Shown here piece by piece: positions 1-6,572 of a DNA stretch of 64,000 bases. The notes below the pieces were generated by a model. It searched no databases. It was not told where the DNA came from and saw only the letters and a list, made by a program, of their open reading frames with translations. The position numbers and the translations under genes are program-made. Numbering within the stretch: position 1 is the stretch's first letter; each line of letters opens with the position of its first letter. The stretch comes from an uncultured virus (IMG/VR IMGVR_UViG_3300021091_000050) (Duplodnaviria; Heunggongvirae; Uroviricota; Caudoviricetes): the IMG/VR virus record IMGVR_UViG_3300021091_000050; one strand, given 5' to 3'.

Positions 1-234
1 ATGGCTACCTACTGGCACCACCGCACGGTGGAGCGCATGGACCTTGAGACGGCGGCTGAGGCTGTCTCACTGGCCATGTCGCTCTCGCTCCTCGACGCTC
101 CGAGCGTCAGGAGTGAGGGCGCTCGCTGGGGCAATCGCTCCCGTGAGACGCTCCGCCAGATGGAGACCTACTACGGGGCTTGGCTCCGTGGGGAACTCCA
201 TCGGGCGGAGGCCAAGCCTGCCCCCCAGAAGTGA
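1..234 (+). CDS. hypothetical protein, cargo of cassette 0 (5' context outside window)
   Basis: 77-aa ORF followed directly by a GC hairpin (241-260), like the other cassette cargo genes. Confidence 0.6.
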   Translation: MATYWHHRTVERMDLETAAEAVSLAMSLSLLDAPSVRSEGARWGNRSRETLRQMETYYGAWLRGELHRAEAKPAPQK

Positions 235-240
235 GCAATG

Positions 241-260
241 CCCCCGCCTTCGGGCGGGGG
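241..260 (+). terminator. hairpin terminator, cassette 0
   Basis: CCCCCGCC-TTCG-GGCGGGGG just after the stop codon; no U-tract. Confidence 0.65.
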
Positions 261-400
261 CAACTCCAATCCATCCGATACGGTCAGCTCTCAAGATTGA
301 ATATACGTTCGCAAACGTATCCCATTGCGTGCTTGGCGTGCTAGAAAGGCTTCAGCTTTCTAAACGCCAACTGGTACGGTACTCATCCATTTTCACTTTT

Positions 401-429
401 AGTGCATCCCCAAACATACTTGCTATAGT
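401..429 (+). promoter_or_regulatory. cassette 1 promoter AGTGCA-N17-TATAGT
   Basis: Same motif and spacing in all 8 cassettes; extended -10 TG. Confidence 0.8.
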
Positions 430-436
430 GGTTGAT

Positions 437-630
437 GTCGGACAGTAGCGCACGCGAGCAGCGTCTCGGTGTCGGGGAACGCGACCTTTACCCCTGAGGG
501 AACCTAGGGGGTAACGGAAATAACGGTTCCCCTGTAACGCCCGCTCCGCGGGGCGTTGCAGGAAAGATGGCGGAGACCCACGTGGGGGTGTGGCGGCTAT
601 CTTGCCGCCGCCCCCACGGGGTTTACTGCA
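437..630 (+). ncRNA. candidate structured ncRNA (cassette 1 cargo)
   Basis: Occupies the cargo slot with no ORF over ~31 aa; stems 474-480/526-532, 488-494/508-514, 533-542/551-560, 581-588/611-618, 592-597/604-609; closing 443-448/623-628. Confidence 0.6.
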
Positions 631-759
631 ACCCAATCCATGCGGTCTATCTGCAAAGTTGAATATATGTTCATTCACTATGCATAAGGCGCTGGTGTGC
701 AAGGACGCTTCAGCGAACTGAAACACCAGCCAGCGTGGATACACAGTTCAGACGTTTTT

Positions 760-788
760 AGTGCATAGTCGAACTCACTTGGTATAGT
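760..788 (+). promoter_or_regulatory. cassette 2 promoter AGTGCA-N17-TATAGT
   Basis: Conserved motif and spacing. Confidence 0.8.
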
Positions 789-837
789 CTTTATTGTCAG
801 TAATAACTAGACCCCACACGGGGAGAATGGACAAGAA

Positions 838-1077
838 ATGGCAACAAAGGACTACACGCTCAGCGAACTACTAGCGGAGCATTACATAAGCATCGGAGCG
901 AACGGGCACGACATCATCGTCAGCATTCTTGACGACCTGCGTACAGGTGCAGTCATGGAAACGGTTCGCAACATCGGTGAAAGCGAGACCGCCGCTATCA
1001 ACGAGCTAACGAGCATCATCGTGAGCATCGTTCAAGGTAACCACCTAGACGACACACGCTCGGGAGACGGTTGGTGA
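838..1077 (+). CDS. hypothetical protein (cassette 2)
   Basis: 79-aa ORF between cassette promoter and hairpin 1085-1117. Confidence 0.8.
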   Translation: MATKDYTLSELLAEHYISIGANGHDIIVSILDDLRTGAVMETVRNIGESETAAINELTSIIVSIVQGNHLDDTRSGDGW

Positions 1078-1084
1078 CAGTTCT

Positions 1085-1117
1085 CCCCCGCCCTGCGCCC
1101 CCCGCAGGGCGGGGGAA
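1085..1117 (+). terminator. GC-rich hairpin, cassette 2
   Basis: CCCCCGCCCTGCG / CGCAGGGCGGGGG inverted repeat after stop. Confidence 0.65.
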
Positions 1118-1249
1118 CTTCAACCCATTCGGTACGATCAGTCGAGATGATTGAGCATATATTCTCTCACCATACAAACACTGGTGTGCAAGGCAGTCTT
1201 CAGCGAACTGAAACACCAGCGATTAAGGGGTCACCTAATGTTCTCTTTT

Positions 1250-1278
1250 AGTGTATGTCTAAACCCACATGGTATAGT
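1250..1278 (+). promoter_or_regulatory. cassette 3 promoter AGTGTA-N17-TATAGT
   Basis: Conserved motif and spacing. Confidence 0.8.
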
Positions 1279-1285
1279 GTTTGAC

Positions 1286-1543
1286 ATGGGGAACAACCTG
1301 GTGACCGTGAATGCGGAACCGAACCTATACCCCATCAGGCCAATCCTGATGGAGGCTCTCGCAAGGGATACCAGCACAGGCTGGACCTTGCTAGACGGGG
1401 TAATCGTCATGGAGGAAAGGAATACTCTCCAAGACGAATACGTTCGTCTGGTCGCCGACGAAAAGGCGACAGGGCAAACCCACGCAGGCAAAAAGCGAGA
1501 CATTGCTCGCCGCCTGCGGACAATCGCCAGACTTCTGGCGTGA
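1286..1543 (+). CDS. hypothetical protein, leaderless (cassette 3), starts MGNNLVTVNAEP
   Basis: ATG 7 nt after -10; N-terminus shared with cassette 4; start revised from 1151. Confidence 0.85.
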   Translation: MGNNLVTVNAEPNLYPIRPILMEALARDTSTGWTLLDGVIVMEERNTLQDEYVRLVADEKATGQTHAGKKRDIARRLRTIARLLA

Positions 1544-1547
1544 AATC

Positions 1548-1580
1548 GGGCGGGGTCGAAAGACCCCGCCCTTTTTCTTT
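1548..1580 (+). terminator. intrinsic terminator, cassette 3
   Basis: GGGCGGGGTC-GAAA-GACCCCGCCC then T-tract. Confidence 0.85.
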
Positions 1581-1711
1581 GTCTTTGGATGGCGTTCATG
1601 CATAGGACACGATTCTTTGAATATATATTTCTCATTACATCGCTGGCGTGCAGAGGGTGCTTCAGCGCACTCAAGCGCCAGCCGTACTGGACTCGTTCCA
1701 TTTTCACTTTT

Positions 1712-1740
1712 AGTGCATAGTTGGACTCACTTACTATAGT
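1712..1740 (+). promoter_or_regulatory. cassette 4 promoter AGTGCA-N17-TATAGT
   Basis: Conserved motif and spacing. Confidence 0.8.
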
Positions 1741-1747
1741 ACTGGTT

Positions 1748-2065
1748 ATGGGAAACAACCTGGTGACCGTGAATGCGGAGCCGAAAGAACACAAAAGCAT
1801 CAATGAGGCACTACTGGCGGCGGTTGAGCGTAGCGGTTGGGTCAAGCCCGACCGCCCGATGTCTCGCCTTCCAAAAGGCGGGGCAACCGTGGGCGACATC
1901 ATTACCCTGAATGAGGAGCGCCTAGAAGCGCTTTGGAAACTGGGCAACCTCCGAACGGAGGCGGCACGGGGCGCAAAGAATGCCACTCTTCAGGCGAAAC
2001 TGGTCAGGAGAATAAACACGATTACCCGAATAATCAATGCGTTTGACGACGCACAACGCCGATAG
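1748..2065 (+). CDS. hypothetical protein, leaderless (cassette 4)
   Basis: ATG 7 nt after -10; first 12 aa identical to cassette 3. Confidence 0.85.
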   Translation: MGNNLVTVNAEPKEHKSINEALLAAVERSGWVKPDRPMSRLPKGGATVGDIITLNEERLEALWKLGNLRTEAARGAKNATLQAKLVRRINTITRIINAFDDAQRR

Positions 2066-2080
2066 TCTCCCCAGACGGAT

Positions 2081-2114
2081 AACCCCCTCGCCCTGTTGCT
2101 CGGGCGAGGGGGTT
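2081..2114 (+). terminator. GC-rich hairpin, cassette 4
   Basis: AACCCCCTCGCCC / GGGCGAGGGGGTT. Confidence 0.65.
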
Positions 2115-2249
2115 CCGCCAACCCGTCCCGTGCGGTGCAATCAAAAAATTAAATGAATATTCTCTTCACTCACTATTCGGCTGGTGTGCGAGAGGTGCTT
2201 CAGTTCTCTTAAACACCAGCGTTGTTTATAATGGTCTATTTTCTCTTTT

Positions 2250-2278
2250 AGTGCATAACCTAGGTCACTTGTTACTAT
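2250..2278 (+). promoter_or_regulatory. cassette 5 promoter AGTGCA-N17-TACTAT
   Basis: Conserved motif and spacing. Confidence 0.75.
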
Positions 2279-2315
2279 TAGTCCTGTCAGTAATAACCCC
2301 AACCGAAAGGCGATT

Positions 2316-2681
2316 ATGTTTGGAGAAAATGCAAAGAATGAGCAAGTCGGATTAGTGATGGAAATGTCAGTAGGTGTTACGGAGTATGCCGACAAATTGG
2401 CTGCACAATCGACACCGCTTGCACGGCACGCAGCGTTGCAATTACACAATTCCATGCGGTCGGTAGCGGTTCTCACCGTACTCAACGCAGTGAGGCAGGA
2501 ACCGATTACGAAAGACTACCTTTATCGCATTGTGTTCATTTTCCAAGACATTCTCAAGAATGTCTTGGAATACGAAAATGCAGGTCTGATTGTCGAAGTC
2601 GACAACCTTGACAACGAAGATGTGAAGATGAGCGACTTTCTTTCGGCACTGATGTACGAATTCACCGAATTGATGGATTGA
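2316..2681 (+). CDS. hypothetical acidic protein (cassette 5)
   Basis: 121 aa; GAAAGG RBS; leader GTCAGTAATAAC shared with cassette 2. Confidence 0.85.
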   Translation: MFGENAKNEQVGLVMEMSVGVTEYADKLAAQSTPLARHAALQLHNSMRSVAVLTVLNAVRQEPITKDYLYRIVFIFQDILKNVLEYENAGLIVEVDNLDNEDVKMSDFLSALMYEFTELMD

Positions 2682-2713
2682 AAAATGGGGGGCTTCGGCC
2701 CCCCATTTTTTTT
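2681..2713 (+). terminator. intrinsic terminator, cassette 5
   Basis: AAAAATGGGGGGC-TTCG-GCCCCCCATTTTT then T-tract. Confidence 0.85.
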
Positions 2714-2850
2714 GTCTTGATGAATGGTGTTCATCAACGGCATGGCTTTCTTGAGTATGTATTCTTTCAATACCTGGATGTGCTGGTGTGCGAGGAAGCT
2801 TCAGCTGCCTTAAACACCAGCGCTGTTAGGGGGTAGGTGTTCTTATTTTT

Positions 2851-2879
2851 AGTGAATAGCCAAGGTCACTTGTTATAGT
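2851..2879 (+). promoter_or_regulatory. cassette 6 promoter AGTGAA-N17-TATAGT
   Basis: Conserved motif and spacing. Confidence 0.8.
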
Positions 2880-2886
2880 GTTTCAC

Positions 2887-3210
2887 ATGAGCGACAAGCC
2901 CAAGGTGACTGCTAAGGCAGAACCGAACCGCAAGGTGAACCTTGCGGAACTGCAAGGAAAGATTGCCAAGAAAGGCAAGCCCCCGTACCGTGACCCTGCG
3001 TTGGCGCAAGACCTGCTGACTCTTGGTGATGGCGAGGCAATCTTGTGGGTTCAGGCAACCGTGAACGTCACGGGAACCGACCCCAAGGCAATCAACGCCG
3101 AAAAGATGAAGTGGCGCCAACGTGCTATTTCGGTTGCCGAGGGTGTGAACCTCAAGGTTCAGATCAACTGGTCAACCAATGGCGAGATGTACATCTCGCT
3201 CAAGAAGTAA
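2887..3210 (+). CDS. small basic protein, paralog family A copy 1, leaderless (cassette 6)
   Basis: ATG 7 nt after -10; KVNL..LQG..KKGKPPY.D.ALA and RQRA.SVA shared with the next two ORFs. Confidence 0.9.
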   Translation: MSDKPKVTAKAEPNRKVNLAELQGKIAKKGKPPYRDPALAQDLLTLGDGEAILWVQATVNVTGTDPKAINAEKMKWRQRAISVAEGVNLKVQINWSTNGEMYISLKK

Positions 3211-3224
3211 AAGAAAGGAAAAAG

Positions 3225-3256
3225 AAAAGGGAACCCGAAAGGGTTCCCTTTTTTTT
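3225..3256 (+). terminator. intrinsic terminator, cassette 6
   Basis: AAAAGGGAACCC-GAAA-GGGTTCCCTTTT; identical to 4502-4534. Confidence 0.9.
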
Positions 3257-3462
3257 GCCCAAAGTCGCTGGCGTTCTGGTCGCGCTAAAGCGCTTTGAAC
3301 GCCAGCGCTGTTGGACAAACCTTTGGTCTCTCTTTATTACACAATTACTAATTCCTTGTAATAATTTAATATTACTCACAATATGTAATCGGGCTGGCGT
3401 GCGAGCGTGTCTTCAGCGCGCTTAAACGCCAGCGGAATCGTACTCATCTATTCTTCATTTTT

Positions 3463-3491
3463 AGTGCATTTCCAAACCCGCTGGGTATAGT
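3463..3491 (+). promoter_or_regulatory. cassette 7 promoter AGTGCA-N17-TATAGT
   Basis: Conserved motif and spacing. Confidence 0.8.
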
Positions 3492-3498
3492 TCTAGTC

Positions 3499-3825
3499 GT
3501 GGCAACACAACAGCCGACCGCTAAGGCGGAGGCAAACCGTAAGGTGAACCTGAAAGACCTGCAAGGCAGTTTGTCTAAGAAGGGCAAACCTCCCTATCAG
3601 GACAAGGCACTAGCGGCAGACATTCTGTCGCTGGACCCAAACGACGCTAACGACGCATTCGTTTGGTCAAAGGCGGCGGTCGTTCTGACGGGAGACCCAA
3701 AGAAGGACAACGCCAACAAAATGCTGTGGAGACAGCGCGCCATTTCGGTTGCAAAGGCTACGGGTATCGTAATCCGTATTCAATGGACCAATAATGGAGA
3801 AATGGTTATTTCACGTAAGGGGTGA
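3499..3825 (+). CDS. paralog family A copy 2, leaderless GTG (cassette 7)
   Basis: GTG 7 nt after -10; clear similarity to 2887-3210. Confidence 0.9.
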   Translation: MATQQPTAKAEANRKVNLKDLQGSLSKKGKPPYQDKALAADILSLDPNDANDAFVWSKAAVVLTGDPKKDNANKMLWRQRAISVAKATGIVIRIQWTNNGEMVISRKG

Positions 3826-3839
3826 AATAATCAAAAAAG

Positions 3840-3870
3840 AAAGGACCGCCTTCGGGCGGTCCTTTTTTTT
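3840..3870 (+). terminator. intrinsic terminator, cassette 7
   Basis: AAAGGACCGCC-TTCG-GGCGGTCCTTT then T-tract. Confidence 0.9.
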
Positions 3871-4075
3871 GCCCAAAGTTGCTGGTGTTCTGGTCGCGCT
3901 AAAGCGCTTTGAACACCAGTTTGTTTGTCTTCAAGTTGGGGTATGGTTTATTACAAATTTACAATTTACATGTAATAAATTACATGATGTTTCAAATCCT
4001 AATTCGATTGGCGTGCATGGAGGCTTCAGCTCCATTGTGCGCCAACCAAATTGGACTCTAATGGTTATTATTTTT

Positions 4076-4104
4076 AGTGCATATCTGGGGTCACTTGTTA
4101 GAGT
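4076..4104 (+). promoter_or_regulatory. cassette 8 promoter AGTGCA-N17-TAGAGT
   Basis: Conserved motif and spacing. Confidence 0.75.
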
Positions 4105-4111
4105 AGTACCC

Positions 4112-4486
4112 GTGAGCACAAACAAGGTGACCGCTAATGCGGAACCAAAGAATACTCATGGCAATACCCCGAATGTCCGAGTCAACCTTTCCCAAATGGC
4201 TGGCAAACTTTCCCGCAAAGGAAAGCCTGCATACAAGGATGAGGCATTGGCAAAGGATATTCTGTCGCTAGACCCGACCGACCCCAATGATGCTTTCACC
4301 TGGGGAAAAGCAAAGGTTTCCCTTGTGGATGCCAACGGCGAGTCCCGTGACGAAGCCCAAATCAATAAGGAAAAAATGAAGCACCGCCAGCGAGCATTTT
4401 CGGTCGCAAAGCAGTTGCAAATCGAAATCCGTGTGATTTGGATGGTCGATGGTCAAATGGTCATCGCACTCAAAAACGACAAGTAA
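4112..4486 (+). CDS. paralog family A copy 3, leaderless GTG (cassette 8)
   Basis: GTG 7 nt after -10; homology begins here; start revised from 3794. Confidence 0.9.
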   Translation: MSTNKVTANAEPKNTHGNTPNVRVNLSQMAGKLSRKGKPAYKDEALAKDILSLDPTDPNDAFTWGKAKVSLVDANGESRDEAQINKEKMKHRQRAFSVAKQLQIEIRVIWMVDGQMVIALKNDK

Positions 4487-4501
4487 TTAGAAAGGAAAAA
4501 G

Positions 4502-4534
4502 AAAAGGGAACCCGAAAGGGTTCCCTTTTTTTTT
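4502..4534 (+). terminator. intrinsic terminator, cassette 8
   Basis: Identical hairpin to cassette 6 terminator. Confidence 0.9.
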
Positions 4535-4672
4535 GTCTAAAGTCGTTGGCGTGCGGTCGGCGCTAAAGCGCCTTGCACGCCAATTAGTTTTAGAATTATC
4601 TTTTGCAAAACTTTAATATTTATTCAAATTACAATTAATAATGTAAAGACTAATTAAGTTTTTCAATATACG

Positions 4673-4714
4673 ATGGTGTTCAAACGATAACTTTATTTAT
4701 CGTTTGAACACCAT
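4673..4714. repeat. perfect 18-bp inverted repeat with TGGTGT/ACACCA arms
   Basis: ATGGTGTTCAAACGATAA-N6-TTATCGTTTGAACACCAT. Confidence 0.9.
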
Positions 4715-5280
4715 TTGGATTTGAATTATTATTATCTATACTTTAGCACACTGTCAAATCAGATTCACTCTTTGTTACACAAAAGTTACAATTCTAATTA
4801 GATTCACTATTAGGCCGCCGATACCCTTGGGATAGACCTGTGATAACTATGATCTTTCCCCCCGCTTTCTACACTACAATTTTGCCGGTCTTTAGGCAAC
4901 AGTTTCACCATAAGAATACCCCTAGAGAGTATTCACCATTATAAACCTCAAATTACAGCGGGGTAAGTCTGTAACTATCTATACCAGAGTCTGGAGTAGA
5001 ATAAATACAATTAAATTCATGATTAGGTCCATAATTAGATTCGTAATTAAATTTGTAGTCGCCAATTATTTACCTTAACGCAAAATTCGGCCTTCACAAT
5101 ATATGAGCATCAAAAATATATTAAAATTCGGGTTAGATATGTCTATATTCTCCTCTAGAGATAGAGAGTAGATAGAAAGCAAACAAATGTTCGCTTTTTT
5201 GATAGAAAATGATAGCATTTTGCTATATTTTTACTATAAATATTATAATTTTCTTTATTTTTATGCTGTTTTTAGGCACA

Positions 5281-5323
5281 AAAAAAAGGCTTAAGAATAA
5301 GTTTTACCTTACTCTTAAGCCTT
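5281..5323 (-). terminator. probable terminator ending the minus-strand gene cluster
   Basis: AAGGCTTAAGA / TCTTAAGCCTT stem preceded by an A-tract (U-tract on minus strand). Confidence 0.6.
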
Positions 5324-5399
5324 AAATTTGGGCACGCACACCCATATAAATATAATAAATATATTTATAGTTGTGTACGCTTCACTTGCTTTTGATTAG

Positions 5400-5438
5400 T
5401 TATCCACAGGTTTTGCTAGTCATTCACAGTCATCCACA
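5400..5438 (+). promoter_or_regulatory. DnaA box TTATCCACA (5400-5408) plus near matches (5420-5428, 5430-5438)
   Basis: Perfect consensus beside AT-rich tract 5344-5369; the near matches overlap a CDS end. Confidence 0.5.
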
Positions 5439-5584
5439 GGTATATCTATATCTTCATCTAATTCACTGAAGTAAAAATATTCGAAAGTATCTCTATCCAT
5501 ATTCTCTACTTTAGCGATAGATTCATCTTCAGACCCCGCCGATACATAGATATTAGCTATGATTGTTACCCTATAGTTATTCAT
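5420..5584 (-). CDS. small acidic hypothetical protein (54 aa, not in ORF track)
   Basis: MNNYRVTIIANIYVSAGSEDESIAKV...PVDDCE; resembles 10064-10282. Confidence 0.6.
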   Translation of the reverse strand: MNNYRVTIIANIYVSAGSEDESIAKVENMDRDTFEYFYFSELDEDIDIPVDDCE

Positions 5585-5789
5585 CAGTACCCGATTTTTT
5601 CAAACACCTATGGGTAAAGATATCATCTATGTCTAATCTCTCCTTGCAACGACTACAAAAGAACCCCATTAACCTTTGTCCCGCGTCTGGAGGACTAACA
5701 GAATTAACCTTTGCATTTCCCTTAAGGATTCTCATCTCTTCAGGGGTAGCAAAATCCAAGAATCCGTTTTTATAAATAAGAGTAGTCAT
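5577..5789 (-). CDS. hypothetical protein with CxxC..H.C motif
   Basis: Tight operon packing. Confidence 0.6.
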   Translation of the reverse strand: MTTLIYKNGFLDFATPEEMRILKGNAKVNSVSPPDAGQRLMGFFCSRCKERLDIDDIFTHRCLKKSGTDE

Positions 5790-6055
5790 TTCCCGCCGTT
5801 ATCCTTTCCGATAATTGAAAGCCTACTGATAAGCTCAGAAGCAATTTCAAGATCAAAATTTTCAATTTGATCCCATATATCTGGACTGGTATTAATTGTA
5901 ATCCAATCATCTTTGGAAAGGTCAAAAATAAAATTTCCTCCCCGCAATTCTTGCTCTGTAGCAATCATAAAACGAATCTGATCACCATCAAAATAGCCGA
6001 CTACGGGGAAATAAAATTGGTAGTTTTCCTTATTGAAATCACTTGAAATGGACAT
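5786..6055 (-). CDS. hypothetical protein
   Basis: ATGA overlap with next gene. Confidence 0.7.
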   Translation of the reverse strand: MSISSDFNKENYQFYFPVVGYFDGDQIRFMIATEQELRGGNFIFDLSKDDWITINTSPDIWDQIENFDLEIASELISRLSIIGKDNGGK

Positions 6056-6116
6056 AGTATTTTGCCACCCTTCGCTGTCATTTTCCTAATGATAATTAAC
6101 CCTGAATATTGGGACA

Positions 6117-6332
6117 TTAAATTATAGAATCTTGGTATTGAATTTGATTCATTTTTTCCAACCAAGCCTGTGTATTGAGACTTCTGCAATATGTATTAGC
6201 TTGGTACTGCCAGTCAAATACTTTTTCTATTTGAACTTTTTCCTTATTAATACACCTCCAGACTTCCCATTGGAAAGCCGCTGGGCTTTTATGTACTTCA
6301 TAATAAATACGCGATATTTCTTCTGTTATCAT
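6117..6332 (-). CDS. hypothetical protein
   Basis: AAGGAAAG RBS. Confidence 0.6.
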   Translation of the reverse strand: MITEEISRIYYEVHKSPAAFQWEVWRCINKEKVQIEKVFDWQYQANTYCRSLNTQAWLEKMNQIQYQDSII

Positions 6333-6383
6333 ATCTTTCCTTTTTAAGAATTTAAACCGCAGTTTTGATATTAAATTTCATAA

Positions 6384-6572
6384 TTAAATCCTATCATCAT
6401 ATCTGGCAAGATAGGGGTTTATTCTAGCCTCAAATTCTCTATCATCATATTCTTTTTTCTGGAATCCACCATCGTCCTCGCAGTCATGACCATAATAAAA
6501 TTCACTTGCTTCTTCTTCATTAAGAAGATCAAAAATTCTTCCACACTCACCGCATACTGTTTTTGTTTTCAT
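6384..6572 (-). CDS. small Zn-finger-like protein
   Basis: CGEC...HDC; ATGA overlap. Confidence 0.65.
   Translation of the reverse strand: MKTKTVCGECGRIFDLLNEEEASEFYYGHDCEDDGGFQKKEYDDREFEARINPYLARYDDRI

Larger units (their letters stand above)
332..4104 (+). repeat. array of 8 hairpin+promoter modules (hairpins at 332-371, 691-730, 1180-1220, 1642-1682, 2180-2220, 2782-2821, 3393-3433, 4007-4046)
   Basis: Recurring (G)YTGGYGTGC..CTTCAG..(AAA)CRCCARC inverted repeat; TTTT-AGTGCA-like hexamer starts exactly 30 nt after the last hairpin base in all 8. Confidence 0.95.
3267..4584. repeat. second 40-bp hairpin type (B) at 3267-3306, 3881-3920, 4545-4584
   Basis: Same TGGYGT/ACRCCA arms, inner GCGC-TAAA-GCGC; each follows a terminator. 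Confidence 0.9.

Noticed and set aside
488..525. Hammerhead ribozyme
   Set aside because: CTGAGGG does not match CUGANGA and the stem arrangement does not fit.
1231..1986. 251-aa minus-strand ORF and other antisense ORFs in the array
   Set aside because: They cross terminators and promoters and are shadows of GC-rich plus-strand genes.
3794..4111. N-terminal extension of ORF 3794-4486 (also 1151-1285)
   Set aside because: Runs through terminator, hairpin and promoter DNA; homology starts at the leaderless codon.
332..4584. CRISPR array
   Set aside because: Repeats are degenerate, 360-620 bp apart, and separated by promoters and genes; no cas operon.
332..4584. Classical integron attC cassettes
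   Set aside because: No RYYYAAC/GTTRRRY cores, no integrase in the window, and each cassette has its own promoter and terminator.
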